Assembly (NCBI RefSeq): GCF_900635445.1
Contig: NZ_LR134117.1
Location: 2,443,311 to 2,475,310, forward strand
DNA from: Serratia odorifera
GTDB taxonomy: Bacteria; Pseudomonadota; Gammaproteobacteria; Enterobacterales; Enterobacteriaceae
Length of the DNA stretch: 32,000 nucleotides
Direction of reading: 5' to 3'
Part shown: piece by piece, positions 1 through 8,646 of the stretch
How positions within the stretch are numbered: position 1 is the first letter of the stretch
How the letters are laid out: the number at the start of each line of letters is the position of its first letter
The notes under the pieces: generated by a model
Database searches by the model: none
Seen by the model: the letters and a program-made list of their open reading frames with translations, nothing else
What the model was told of the DNA's origin: nothing
Program-made: the position numbers and the translations under genes

Positions 1-745
1 CGATGATTTTACGCCCGGTCAGGCCGCAGTCGCCCATTGGACCACCGATGACGAAACGGCCGGTTGGGTTGATGTGGAATTTGGTGGCGGCGCTCAGCCA
101 CTCTGCCGGCAGTACCGGCTTGATGATCTCTTCCATCACCGCTTCTTGCAGGTCTTTCAGCGCGATGTCTTCGGCGTGCTGGGTAGACAGCACTACCGCA
201 TCGATGCCGACGATCTTGCCATCATCATACTGGAAGGTGACCTGGCTTTTGGCATCCGGGCGCAGCCACGGCAGAGTGCCGTTTTTACGCACTTCGGACT
301 GACGCTGTACCAAACGGTGCGCGTAAGTCACGGGAGCTGGCATCAACACGTCGGTTTCGTTGGTGGCGTAACCAAACATCAGGCCCTGATCGCCGGCACC
401 CTGTTCCAGCGGATCGGTACGGTCAACGCCCTGGTTGATGTCTGGCGACTGCTTGCCGATAGCGCTCAGTACGGCGCAGGAGTTGGCGTCAAAACCCATG
501 TCTGAATGAACATAGCCGATCTCACGTACGGTCTTGCGGGTGATCTCTTCGATATCGACCCAAGCGCTGGTGGTAATTTCGCCACCGACCAGTACCATGC
601 CGGTTTTTACGTATGTTTCGCAGGCTACGCGAGCTTTTGGATCCTGTTCCAGGATGGCGTCAAGAACCGCATCAGAGATCTGGTCGGCGATTTTATCAGG
701 ATGACCTTCAGAAACGGATTCTGACGTGAAAAGGTGTTTAGCCAT
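1..745 (-). CDS. metK: S-adenosylmethionine synthetase, N-terminal ~248 codons (runs off the window start)
   Basis: Reverse strand from ATG (743-745) reads [15 protein letters not shown]. At the window edge it reads ...[46 protein letters not shown], collinear with MetK. It is absent from the ORF track because there is no in-window stop. Confidence 0.95.
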   Translation of the reverse strand, partial: MAKHLFTSESVSEGHPDKIADQISDAVLDAILEQDPKARVACETYVKTGMVLVGGEITTSAWVDIEEITRKTVREIGYVHSDMGFDANSCAVLSAIGKQSPDINQGVDRTDPLEQGAGDQGLMFGYATNETDVLMPAPVTYAHRLVQRQSEVRKNGTLPWLRPDAKSQVTFQYDDGKIVGIDAVVLSTQHAEDIALKDLQEAVMEEIIKPVLPAEWLSAATKFHINPTGRFVIGGPMGDCGLTGRKII

Positions 746-898
746 TGTATTCTTTACCTTGCATAAGACGGGTTGGAAATTACTGCACAGCGCTGGAGAT
801 CCGGGCACCAAGGCGAAGGGTCTCCGCGGATGGCGCGAGATGCATCCTGCAACGCCCCTCTGGCAAAGCCGTTAAGCAGCTTGTCGGTTAACCAGTAT

Positions 899-930
899 AG
901 ATGGATTAACATCTGGACGTCTATTTTAGG
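899..930. promoter_or_regulatory. Candidate MetJ operator (tandem met boxes) upstream of metK
   Basis: Four exactly phased 8-mers: agatggat|taacatct|ggacgtct|attttagg. The third is 7/8 to the met-box consensus AGACGTCT. The site lies ~155-185 nt upstream of the metK ATG. Confidence 0.45.
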
Positions 931-1502
931 TTATGCTTTAGCCGGATTGCCAGTATTTTTTTGCCGCATCGCTCTTTTACGCAAGCCAGGTGACGCCATT
1001 TTCATCGCTTGAAACAGTTGTCAGCCAATTTTCATTTTGCATTTTGCCCCGGTTACCGGTATAAACTGCGCGCGCGGTTCATTTGGTGCACAGTACGCGG
1101 CAGGACAGAGGGTCAGTTCCCGTGTCTGCCGACGGTGACAGCCTGACCAACCGTAGGCGTCGCTGCGACGCCGCCGCTTCATCGAACGGTCACGTTCGTT
1201 CACTATATATAGAGGCTGGGTCGTTCATCATGAACGACGCGCGTGGAGGTGGTTGGATTAATGATCCGTTGTCTACCGGTTGTTGGTTCTCAACAGCAGT
1301 GCCGTTCTGGCGCCAATTCTTCTGCTATCTTCCGTTTTGTCTCTACACCATCAACCCGATGTTACACGCATCTGGGCGCTACTCAGGATTCTCGGGCCGG
1401 CTAACGGTCGTCTGACGAACTGAACAAGGGTAGCCTACAGCCTTCCTGTGGGATGTTTCTTGACCCGATTCACGAGGTTTGAACAGGGTGTCTTACAATT
1501 AT

Positions 1503-1646
1503 ATGAGTAATAAACCGATCGCTACCGGCGAACGGCAGGGTAATTCACTGCCGCAAAGGCGGTTTGTCGGGTTGTTCTCGCGGGATGTAGCTGCGATAGT
1601 GGCTGACTATATCGTCAGTACGGGAAGTGAGGCGAGTAATGTCTGA
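1503..1646 (+). CDS. Small ORF (47 aa) overlapping the speA start, YqgB-like
   Basis: ATG 1503 to TGA 1644-1646, below the track cutoff: [47 protein letters not shown]. It overlaps the speA ATG (1639) by 8 nt. The M..KP.A..ERQ and GL.S...AAIV motifs match my recollection of E. coli YqgB, which also sits directly upstream of speA. Confidence 0.45.
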   Translation: MSNKPIATGERQGNSLPQRRFVGLFSRDVAAIVADYIVSTGSEASNV

Positions 1647-3615
1647 TGATCAGTTGAAACACCGTCCGCCGGTTGCGGACGAATCTATTTCTTTGCGCTC
1701 CATGCAGGAGGTTGCCATGAATGATCGTAATGCCAGCAAGATGCTGCGTACTTATAATGTCGCCTACTGGGGCAACAACTATTATGACGTCAACGAGCTT
1801 GGCCACATCAGCGTGTGCCCCGATCCGGACGTCCCGCAGGCGCGCGTCGATCTTGCCGAACTGGTGAAGGAGCGGCAGAAAGAGGGACAGCGCCTGCCGG
1901 CACTGTTCTGCTTCCCACAGATTTTGCAGCACCGTCTGCGTTCGATTAACGCGGCGTTCAAGCGCGCGCGTGAATCGTTCGGCTACGAAGGTGGCTACTT
2001 CCTGGTTTATCCGATCAAGGTAAACCAACACCGCCGGGTGATTGAATCGCTGGTCAACTCCGGCGAGCCGCTGGGGCTGGAGGCCGGTTCCAAAGCCGAG
2101 CTGATGGCGGTTCTGGCGCACGCGGGCATGACTCGCTCGGTGATTGTCTGTAACGGTTATAAAGACCGTGAATATATTCGTCTGGCGCTGATCGGTGAAA
2201 AGCTGGGGCACAAAGTGTACCTGGTGATTGAGAAGATGTCGGAAATCAACCTGGTGCTGGAAGAGGCCGAGCGGCTGAACGTAGTACCGCGCCTGGGCGT
2301 GCGTGCGCGTCTGGCGTCGCAGGGCTCAGGTAAATGGCAGTCCAGCGGTGGCGAAAAGTCCAAATTCGGTTTGGCGGCGGTGCAGGTATTGAAACTGGTA
2401 GAAACGCTGCGTGAAGCGGGTCGCCTCGACAGCCTGCAATTGCTGCACTTCCACCTGGGGTCGCAATTGGCCAACATTCGCGATATCGCTACCGGCGTGC
2501 GTGAATCAGCGCGTTTCTACGTTGAACTGCACAAACTGGGCGTCAACATCCAGTGCTTCGACGTGGGCGGCGGTCTGGGGGTCGATTATGAAGGCACGCG
2601 CTCCCAGTCTGACTGTTCGGTGAACTACGGTCTGAACGAATACGCCAACAACGTCATCTGGGGCATCGGCGACGCCTGTAACGAGCACGGCTTGCCACAC
2701 CCGACGGTGATCACCGAATCCGGCCGTGCGGTCACCGCCCACCATACGGTGCTGGTGTCCAACGTGATCGGCGTGGAACGTAACGAATTCGGCGAACCTC
2801 ATCCGCCGGCAGAAGACGCGCCGCGTGCGCTGGAAAGCATGTGGGAAACCTGGCTGGAAATGAACGAGCCGGAAAACCGCCGTTCGCTGCGTGAATGGCT
2901 GCACGACAGCCAGATGGATCTGCACGATGTGCATACCCAGTACGCGCATGGCATGCTGGACCTGACCAAGCGTGCCTGGGCGGAACAGCTGTACCTGAAC
3001 ATCTGCAACAAGATCCAGCAGCAGCTCGATCCGAGCAACCGTGCGCACCGTCCGATCATCGACGAACTGCAAGAACGTATGGCGGACAAGTTTTACGTCA
3101 ACTTTTCGCTGTTCCAGTCGATGCCCGACGCCTGGGGGATCGATCAGCTGTTCCCGGTATTGCCGCTGGAAGGGCTGGACAAGCCGCCGGAAGGCCGTGC
3201 AGTGCTGCTGGATATTACCTGCGATTCCGACGGCACCATCGATCATTACGTCGACGGTGATGGCGTAGCGACCACCATGCCGATGCCGCCGTACGATCCG
3301 GAAAACCCGCCGGTGCTGGGCTTCTTTATGGTTGGCGCCTATCAGGAAATCCTGGGTAATATGCATAACCTGTTTGGTGATACCGCATCGGTTGACGTAT
3401 ATGTCTTCCCGGACGGCACCATTGAAACCGAGTTGTCTGACGAAGGCGATACGGTGGCGGATATGCTGGAATATGTACAGCTGGATCCCATCGCGCTGCT
3501 GGCCAAGTTCCGCGATCAGGTCAAGGAAACCGACCTGGACGACGGGCTGCAAGCGCAGTTCCTGGAAGAGTTCGAGGCCGGGCTGTACGGTTATACCTAT
3601 CTTGAAGATGAATAA
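1639..3615 (+). CDS. speA: Biosynthetic arginine decarboxylase
   Basis: Track ORF 1627..3615. From ATG 1639 it reads MSDDQ...[33 protein letters not shown]...[15 protein letters not shown], collinear with E. coli SpeA end to end. Confidence 0.95.
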   Translation: MSDDQLKHRPPVADESISLRSMQEVAMNDRNASKMLRTYNVAYWGNNYYDVNELGHISVCPDPDVPQARVDLAELVKERQKEGQRLPALFCFPQILQHRLRSINAAFKRARESFGYEGGYFLVYPIKVNQHRRVIESLVNSGEPLGLEAGSKAELMAVLAHAGMTRSVIVCNGYKDREYIRLALIGEKLGHKVYLVIEKMSEINLVLEEAERLNVVPRLGVRARLASQGSGKWQSSGGEKSKFGLAAVQVLKLVETLREAGRLDSLQLLHFHLGSQLANIRDIATGVRESARFYVELHKLGVNIQCFDVGGGLGVDYEGTRSQSDCSVNYGLNEYANNVIWGIGDACNEHGLPHPTVITESGRAVTAHHTVLVSNVIGVERNEFGEPHPPAEDAPRALESMWETWLEMNEPENRRSLREWLHDSQMDLHDVHTQYAHGMLDLTKRAWAEQLYLNICNKIQQQLDPSNRAHRPIIDELQERMADKFYVNFSLFQSMPDAWGIDQLFPVLPLEGLDKPPEGRAVLLDITCDSDGTIDHYVDGDGVATTMPMPPYDPENPPVLGFFMVGAYQEILGNMHNLFGDTASVDVYVFPDGTIETELSDEGDTVADMLEYVQLDPIALLAKFRDQVKETDLDDGLQAQFLEEFEAGLYGYTYLEDE

Positions 3616-3631
3616 GTAGAGCCGAACTGAA

Positions 3632-3665
3632 AGGCCGGGCATCTCCCTGATGTCCGGCCTTTTTA
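3632..3665 (+). terminator. Rho-independent terminator after speA
   Basis: aggccgggcat-ctccctg-atgtccggcct forms an 11-bp stem with one G-U pair, followed by ttttt. Confidence 0.7.
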
Positions 3666-3837
3666 ATGGTTTCCCCCCCCGCAATCCCCTTCGATATTTC
3701 TTTGCCCCATATCAGTTATCACAAATTTGTTAACTCTCCGTGAGGATTCGGACAGGGTTTTCTCTGTAGGTTGTCACTATTGGTTTGATCGGTTTTGGGG
3801 GAAATGCTGATCAACAGACGGCGGTTTATTCTATAAC

Positions 3838-4035
3838 CTAGTCGTCACTTTTTAATTTTAACACATGCTTTTTCCACCATGTGCTGGTGAGAAATAAGTA
3901 CGCTAAAGCAATCAGCAGAGCGTAGCTTATTGCTTTGAGAACGATAGGGCCGGTAATGGTTATTCCTTGGAAGAGGTAAGCAATCAAATAGCAGATAAAA
4001 ATAGTGCAAAAATTTTGAGAGTTTTTTTTATGCAC
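3838..4035 (-). CDS. Small 2-TM membrane protein (65 aa), possible second or orphan immunity protein
   Basis: Track ORF with GTG start preceded by ggggatat. It has two hydrophobic segments (FCTIFICYLIAYLF... and ISYALLIALAYLFLTS) and is AT-rich. It is the last gene of the minus-strand cassette. Confidence 0.45.
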   Translation of the reverse strand: MHKKNSQNFCTIFICYLIAYLFQGITITGPIVLKAISYALLIALAYLFLTSTWWKKHVLKLKSDD

Positions 4036-4048
4036 ATATCCCCATCAA

Positions 4049-4067
4049 GGCCGGGAAGTGCCCGGCC
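4049..4067 (-). other. GC-rich intra-cassette hairpin between the microcin-like gene and the 65-aa ORF
   Basis: ggccggg-aagtg-cccggcc is a perfect 7-bp stem in otherwise AT-rich DNA. No U-tract follows on the minus strand, so it is more likely an attenuator or mRNA-stabilising hairpin than a full terminator. Confidence 0.3.
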
Positions 4068-4076
4068 ATATCGACA

Positions 4077-4421
4077 TTACCAATGACACTGACCATTAAC
4101 ACTGTTGCGACTAGAATTTCCACCTAATGGGTCATTGCTATTGTTATTATCTCCACAGTTACGAGAGTATGAGCGAATACCTTCGATAGCAGCACCACGA
4201 ATAGAGCCATATGCGAAACCTGAAATAGCACCCGCTGCAATCCCTGCTGGCCCACCAGGCAATCCTCTTGGTCCTCCTACTATTGCACCTGCATATCCCC
4301 CTGCCAAAGCTCCTCTTTTGGCATCGCTGGCAACCTGTGAAGCACATCCTTGGCCCTCATAGCCAGAATCTGCGTTTCCACCAGAAATAGTGAGTATTTC
4401 CTTTGTTGTTAGTTCTCTCAT
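4077..4421 (-). CDS. Class II microcin / colicin V-like bacteriocin precursor (114 aa) with double-glycine leader
   Basis: MRELTTKEILTISGG|NADSGYEGQGCAS... The leader fits M-R-x-L-x3-E-[LI]-x2-[IV]-S-G-G (colicin V: MRTLTLNELDSVSGG). The core is Gly/Ala-rich with GxxxG-type repeats, an Asn/Ser/Gly tail and 3 Cys. RBS AGGA lies ~10 nt upstream. Confidence 0.7.
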   Translation of the reverse strand: MRELTTKEILTISGGNADSGYEGQGCASQVASDAKRGALAGGYAGAIVGGPRGLPGGPAGIAAGAISGFAYGSIRGAAIEGIRSYSRNCGDNNNSNDPLGGNSSRNSVNGQCHW

Positions 4422-4426
4422 AACGC

Positions 4427-4645
4427 TTATTTCCTTTCAAAGCGTTGATAAAGATAATCCACTGTGATCATAGATACAGGGATATAGATGAGAATGATTC
4501 CTAAGGTAATATCATTCAGTGAGTCAATTTGAGAACAAAGATAGCCTAGAGGAATACTTAATAGGAACGTCATAACCTCTAGTGCTATATAAAGTTTTTT
4601 ATTTTTAATTGTCTGTTTGTGACGTGTTGGCATGATATTAAACAT
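4427..4645 (-). CDS. Candidate microcin immunity protein (72 aa, 2 TM)
   Basis: MFNIMPTRHKQTIKNKKLYIALEVMTFLLSIPLGYL...ITLGIILIYIPVSMITVDYLYQRFERK has two hydrophobic helices. Its stop lies 5 nt before the microcin ATG, inside that gene's RBS. Size and topology fit class II microcin immunity proteins. The start could instead be the ATG at 4633. Confidence 0.55.
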   Translation of the reverse strand: MFNIMPTRHKQTIKNKKLYIALEVMTFLLSIPLGYLCSQIDSLNDITLGIILIYIPVSMITVDYLYQRFERK

Positions 4646-5039
4646 CTGGTTTATTTTTCTCTATTTTATCTTTATATGTTAGATCTAGCTGTTATGCGTG
4701 CTGTTAACTTGTGTTATTTAACTAAATTTTAAATGTGATTTTCTTTCCGTGCTTAATGTCTTCGCACTGTGAGTTTGTTTCATTAATAGTATGACGGAAA
4801 TTAACTTATATATTTTCACCTTCAGATAAAGGGGATTGAAATCACAAAACTAATCATCGGGAGCTTAATGGATGTCAGCTCCAAAGCTCGTGAAGGCGGC
4901 CACGTTCACATGCCTGAAGGATGCAGGGTCTATACTGGATGACGACGAGCAGTCGGGATGATGATGCGCGCTCTTGAAGCGCGAACCAAATACGGCGATA
5001 ATCTGCGCCATCAGCAGTGCCAAAAGATTTTTGAATAGA

Positions 5040-5082
5040 TCCCTTTCTCGTCGGGCTAACGACGCGGGAGGGATTTTTTTTT
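5040..5082 (+). terminator. Strong plus-strand rho-independent terminator just upstream of speB
   Basis: tccctttctcgtcg-ggctaa-cgacgcgggaggga pairs at 13 of 14 positions (2 G-U), followed by T9 (5074-5082). Confidence 0.55.
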
Positions 5083-5137
5083 GCTCCGGCCTGTGCGCTT
5101 TCACAACAGGCAAATCGTTGAACTATGAGGGTTTAAT

Positions 5138-6059
5138 ATGAGTACTCTAGGCCATCAGCCCGATAATTCTTTAGTGTCCAACGCCTTTGGTTTCCTGCGC
5201 TTTCCGCTGAATTTCATGCCTTACGACAGCGATGCAGAGTGGGTAATCACCGGCATTCCTTTCGATATGGCAACCTCCGGCCGTGCCGGCGGCCGTCATG
5301 GCCCGGCGGCGATTCGTCAGGTATCGACCAATCTGGCCTGGGAAGGTCACCGCTGGCCGTGGAGTTTTGACCTGCGCGATCGGCTGAACGTTGTCGATTG
5401 TGGTGACATCGTGTTCAATTTTGGCGATGCGCAGGACATGAGCGACAAATTGCAGGCGCACGCAGAAAAACTGCTGAAGGCCGGCAAACGCATGCTGTCC
5501 TTCGGCGGTGACCACTTCGTGACGCTGCCGCTGCTGCGCGCGCACGCCAAGCATTTCGGCAAAATGGCGCTGGTGCATTTCGATGCGCACACTGACACTT
5601 ACGCCAACGGCAGCCAATATGACCACGGCACCATGTTCTTCCATGCGCCAAACGAAGGTCTGATCGACCCGCACCATTCGGTGCAGATCGGTATTCGTAC
5701 CGAGTTCGATCACGACAACGGTTTTACCGTGCTGGATGCGGCGCAGGTGAACGATCGCGGCGTGGACGATCTGCTGACCCAGATCAAACAGATCGTCGGC
5801 GACATGCCGGTATATCTGACCTTTGACATCGACTGTCTGGATCCGGCATTTGCTCCGGGCACCGGTACGCCGGTTATCGGCGGCCTGACCTCCGATCGCG
5901 CGCTGAAGCTGGTGCGTGGCATGCAGTCGCTGAACATTGTCCGGCATGGACGTGGTAGAAGTGGCGCCGGCTTACGATCAGTCTGAAATCACTGCGCTGG
6001 CGGCGGCGACGCTGGGGCTGGAGATGCTGTACCTGCAGGCGGCCAAAAAGCAGCCGTAA
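5138..6059 (+). pseudogene. speB: Agmatinase, interrupted by a 1-nt insertion (possibly an assembly error)
   Basis: [19 protein letters not shown]...[39 protein letters not shown] then goes out of frame at gtCCggc (5941-5942). The +1 frame restores [38 protein letters not shown] (TAA 6057-6059). Length minus 1 nt is 307 codons. Confidence 0.9.
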
Positions 6060-6121
6060 GCGACCAAAACAGTATCAGCTCAAGGCCCTGAGCCGTCAGG
6101 TCAGGGCCGTATGGAGAAAGC

Positions 6122-6992
6122 ATGCTGGGCAAACCATCTATACGTCTTAACAAATATATCAGCGAAAGCGGTATCTGCTCGCGTCGCGATGCCGATCGTT
6201 ATATCGAGCAAGGCAACGTATTTATCAACGGCAAGCGCGTGGCGCTTGGCGATCGCGTCTTCCCGGGCGACGTGGTCAAGGTTAACGGCCAACTGATCGA
6301 ACCGCGCAATGAAGACAACCTGATCTTTATCGCGCTGAACAAACCGGTAGGGGTGGTCAGCACCACGGAAGACGGCGAGAAAGACAACATTGTCGATTTC
6401 GTCAACCACAGCACCCGTATCTTCCCGATCGGGCGGTTGGATAAAGACTCCCAGGGGCTTATCTTCCTCACCAACCACGGCGATCTGGTGAACAAGATCC
6501 TGCGGGCCGGCAACGATCACGAAAAGGAATATCTGGTAACCGTCAACAAGCCGGTTACCGATGAGTTCATCCACGGGTTGGGTGCCGGCGTGCCGATGCT
6601 GGGTACGGTGACCAAGAAATGCAAGGTGAAGAAGGTCGCGCCGTTTGTCTTCCGCATCGTGTTGGTACAGGGGCTGAACCGCCAGATCCGCCGCATGTGC
6701 GAACACTTCGGTTATGAAGTGACCAAGCTGGAGCGCACCCGCATTATGAACGTCGGGCTGGCCGGCCTGCCGTTGGGCGAATGGCGTGACCTGACCGACG
6801 ATGAACTGGTTGAGCTGTTCAAGCTGATTGAAGATTCCAGCTCGGAAGCCAAACCGGCCAAAAAAGCCAAACCGGCGGTGAAAAAAACCTGCCAGCAGCG
6901 GCAACGGGCAGAGAACTGCCGACAAGCCGAGCGGCAATCCGGCTGCGCGCAAGCGTTTTACCCAGCCGGGCCGAAAGAAGAAGGGCCGCTAA
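6122..6992 (+). pseudogene. rluF: 23S rRNA pseudouridine synthase F, 1-nt insertion in the C-terminal basic tail
   Basis: [39 protein letters not shown]...[19 protein letters not shown] is collinear with RluF. After the A7/CC run (6881-6889) the +1 frame reads ...[19 protein letters not shown] (TAA 6990-6992), the canonical tail. The track ORF instead runs to 7012. Confidence 0.85.
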
Positions 6993-7043
6993 GCCCCGCT
7001 CGACGACGGTAACGGGCGCCCGGCCATCACGGCGGGCGCGCTA

Positions 7044-8291
7044 TCAGGCCCGTGAGGTCGCACGCGTCAGCAGCATGCGGCTGAACAACACTCCCCCCGC
7101 CAGCAGCGTCAGCAATTGCGACGCGATCAGCACCGTAAACCCTGAAGAAACCTTGCCCTGACTGGCCATCACCATTCCCATGATCGTCGGCACAAATGCC
7201 GAGAACAGATTGCCGATGCCGTTGATCAGACCATAGGCGCTGCCCACCGCCTGCGGTTGGGCATAGTATTGCAGCAGAGTGGGGATTGCCGCGCCCTGCG
7301 CCCCCCAGCAGGCATTGGCCATCAACAGGAAAAACGCCATCCAGCCGAGCTGGTGGCTGTGCATGACGCCATAGATGCACAGCGCGGTTGCCGCGCCGCC
7401 AAAGGCGAAAATCAACGGCGCCTGATAGGGGCGGATAGCATCGAGCAGCACGCCCCCGAGATATTTTGAGGCGATGCTGACGACAAACGGCAGCGATGCC
7501 AACCATCCCATTTGTCTGATGGAAAACCCTTTCTCATCGGTCAGATAGGCCGGCAGCCAGGCGCTGGAGCCCCACAGATAGCTGAGAGTGGCGATCTCGA
7601 TCAGCATGATCCAACCGAGCATCGGCGTGCGCCAGGCCAGCACGAAGGTCTGCCAGACGCGCGCCAACGCCGCAGGCCTTGCGACGGCAGGCTGCGGTCG
7701 CAGGGGCGGGCGGATAAACAGCCGTACCAGCGTCAGTCCCAATAGCAGATTGATCGCCGCCAGCAGATAGAACGACATTGCCCAGCCGAAGTGCGCCATC
7801 AGGAAACTCACCAGTGGAAAGCCGATCACCAACCCCAGTGATACCCCCAGCGCACTGACCGCGTTGGGCTTGCCGCGTTCATCGGCGGCGAAGCGATCGC
7901 CGACGTACATGGTTTTCAGCGAAAACAGCGGCCCTTCGCTGGCGCCAAGCAGCGCGCGTACCGCCAACAGCAGCAGCAGTGAACCGGCCAGCGGCGAGGC
8001 GGCGGTGAGCAACGCCCACGGCACAATGCTCCACGTCAATGCACGGCGATAGCCCATCAAGGTTTCCAGGAACGGCGTCAACAACATGGCGGAAGCCCCG
8101 TAGCCGAGCAGAAACGCCGTCATCAACATTCCCTGATGCGCGCGGCTGCCGTCGAGCTGAAAGTGATGCAGGAAGTCGGGATTGACCAGCATCACGGCGA
8201 TATTTACCCGATCGGCGTAGGCGATAACGATCAAAAACAGCAGCGCGAGCACCCCGAACCAGCGTTGACGTTGTTGCACCCTGCGTTCCAT
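7044..8291 (-). CDS. MFS transporter (anion:cation symporter-like), 415 aa
   Basis: Intact track ORF with about 12 hydrophobic segments and the MFS loop motif (GYRRALTWS). Its N-terminal region DRVNIAVM parallels the cluster MFS at 14294. Confidence 0.85.
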   Translation of the reverse strand: MERRVQQRQRWFGVLALLFLIVIAYADRVNIAVMLVNPDFLHHFQLDGSRAHQGMLMTAFLLGYGASAMLLTPFLETLMGYRRALTWSIVPWALLTAASPLAGSLLLLLAVRALLGASEGPLFSLKTMYVGDRFAADERGKPNAVSALGVSLGLVIGFPLVSFLMAHFGWAMSFYLLAAINLLLGLTLVRLFIRPPLRPQPAVARPAALARVWQTFVLAWRTPMLGWIMLIEIATLSYLWGSSAWLPAYLTDEKGFSIRQMGWLASLPFVVSIASKYLGGVLLDAIRPYQAPLIFAFGGAATALCIYGVMHSHQLGWMAFFLLMANACWGAQGAAIPTLLQYYAQPQAVGSAYGLINGIGNLFSAFVPTIMGMVMASQGKVSSGFTVLIASQLLTLLAGGVLFSRMLLTRATSRA

Positions 8292-8595
8292 ACACGCTCC
8301 TGTAGCAAAAAGATCGCGACTTCAGACAGCAGAAAACCCGCCTGTCGCCGCCGCAGGGCGAAACAGGGGATTTAGCCTTGAAGTGTAAGTTTATTGTTAA
8401 TTGTGATGGTGGGTTAACCCTTGCCAGAGCTGTTTTACTCGCAGGTTACGACGCAAATCAACGCTTTTTTAACCCTGTTTTTGCGATGAAACACAGGTTA
8501 TTGATAGCTTTTTCATATCGGTGCATTTTTTCGTGATCCCCACCGCATTTGCAACTTTTAAATAACCAACCATTAACTTTTGCCGCGTTGCTCGC

Positions 8596-8623
8596 TTGAC
8601 GAAAGTTTCGCCAGACCTATAGT
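8596..8623 (+). promoter_or_regulatory. Candidate sigma70 promoter of the catabolic operon
   Basis: TTGACG (8596-8601), a 16-nt spacer, then TATAGT (8618-8623), about 60 nt upstream of the first gene (8685). Confidence 0.45.
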
Positions 8624-8646
8624 GGCTGTATTAAATAATAAACTGA

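Noticed and set aside
1083-1415. 110-aa plus-strand ORF, plus other track ORFs at 773..1012 and 1021..1203, in the metK-speA intergenic region.
   Set aside because: They have no RBS and a Cys/Arg/Trp-rich improbable composition, and I recognise no family. The region is more plausibly regulatory or leader DNA.
3673-3680. C8 homopolymer at the left edge of the islet, considered as a phase-variable tract.
   Set aside because: It lies in non-coding DNA right after the speA terminator, with no adjacent promoter or ORF to switch. Given the C-insertion tendency of this sequence, its length is unreliable.
2506-3684. 392-aa minus-strand ORF antisense to speA. Similar long antisense or off-frame ORFs overlap speB (5171..5947), rluF (6101..6952), epd (27716..28459), pgk (28720..29430) and fbaA (30322..30954).
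   Set aside because: These are shadow ORFs typical of GC-rich coding DNA. Each lies wholly inside a gene whose product is collinear with a well-known protein, and their translations are Arg/Gln/His-rich low-complexity sequence.
4646-4860. Possible Fur box or sigma70 promoter for the microcin cassette (e.g. gataaaatagagaaaaataa).
   Set aside because: The best Fur-box alignment is ~10/19 in very AT-rich DNA. No hexamer pair has both good matches and correct spacing. A promoter must exist here, but I cannot place it.
4865-5113. 82-aa minus-strand ORF between the islet and speB.
   Set aside because: It would read through the plus-strand terminator hairpin and T9 tract. It has no RBS and looks like a chance ORF opposite the small plus-strand ORFs.
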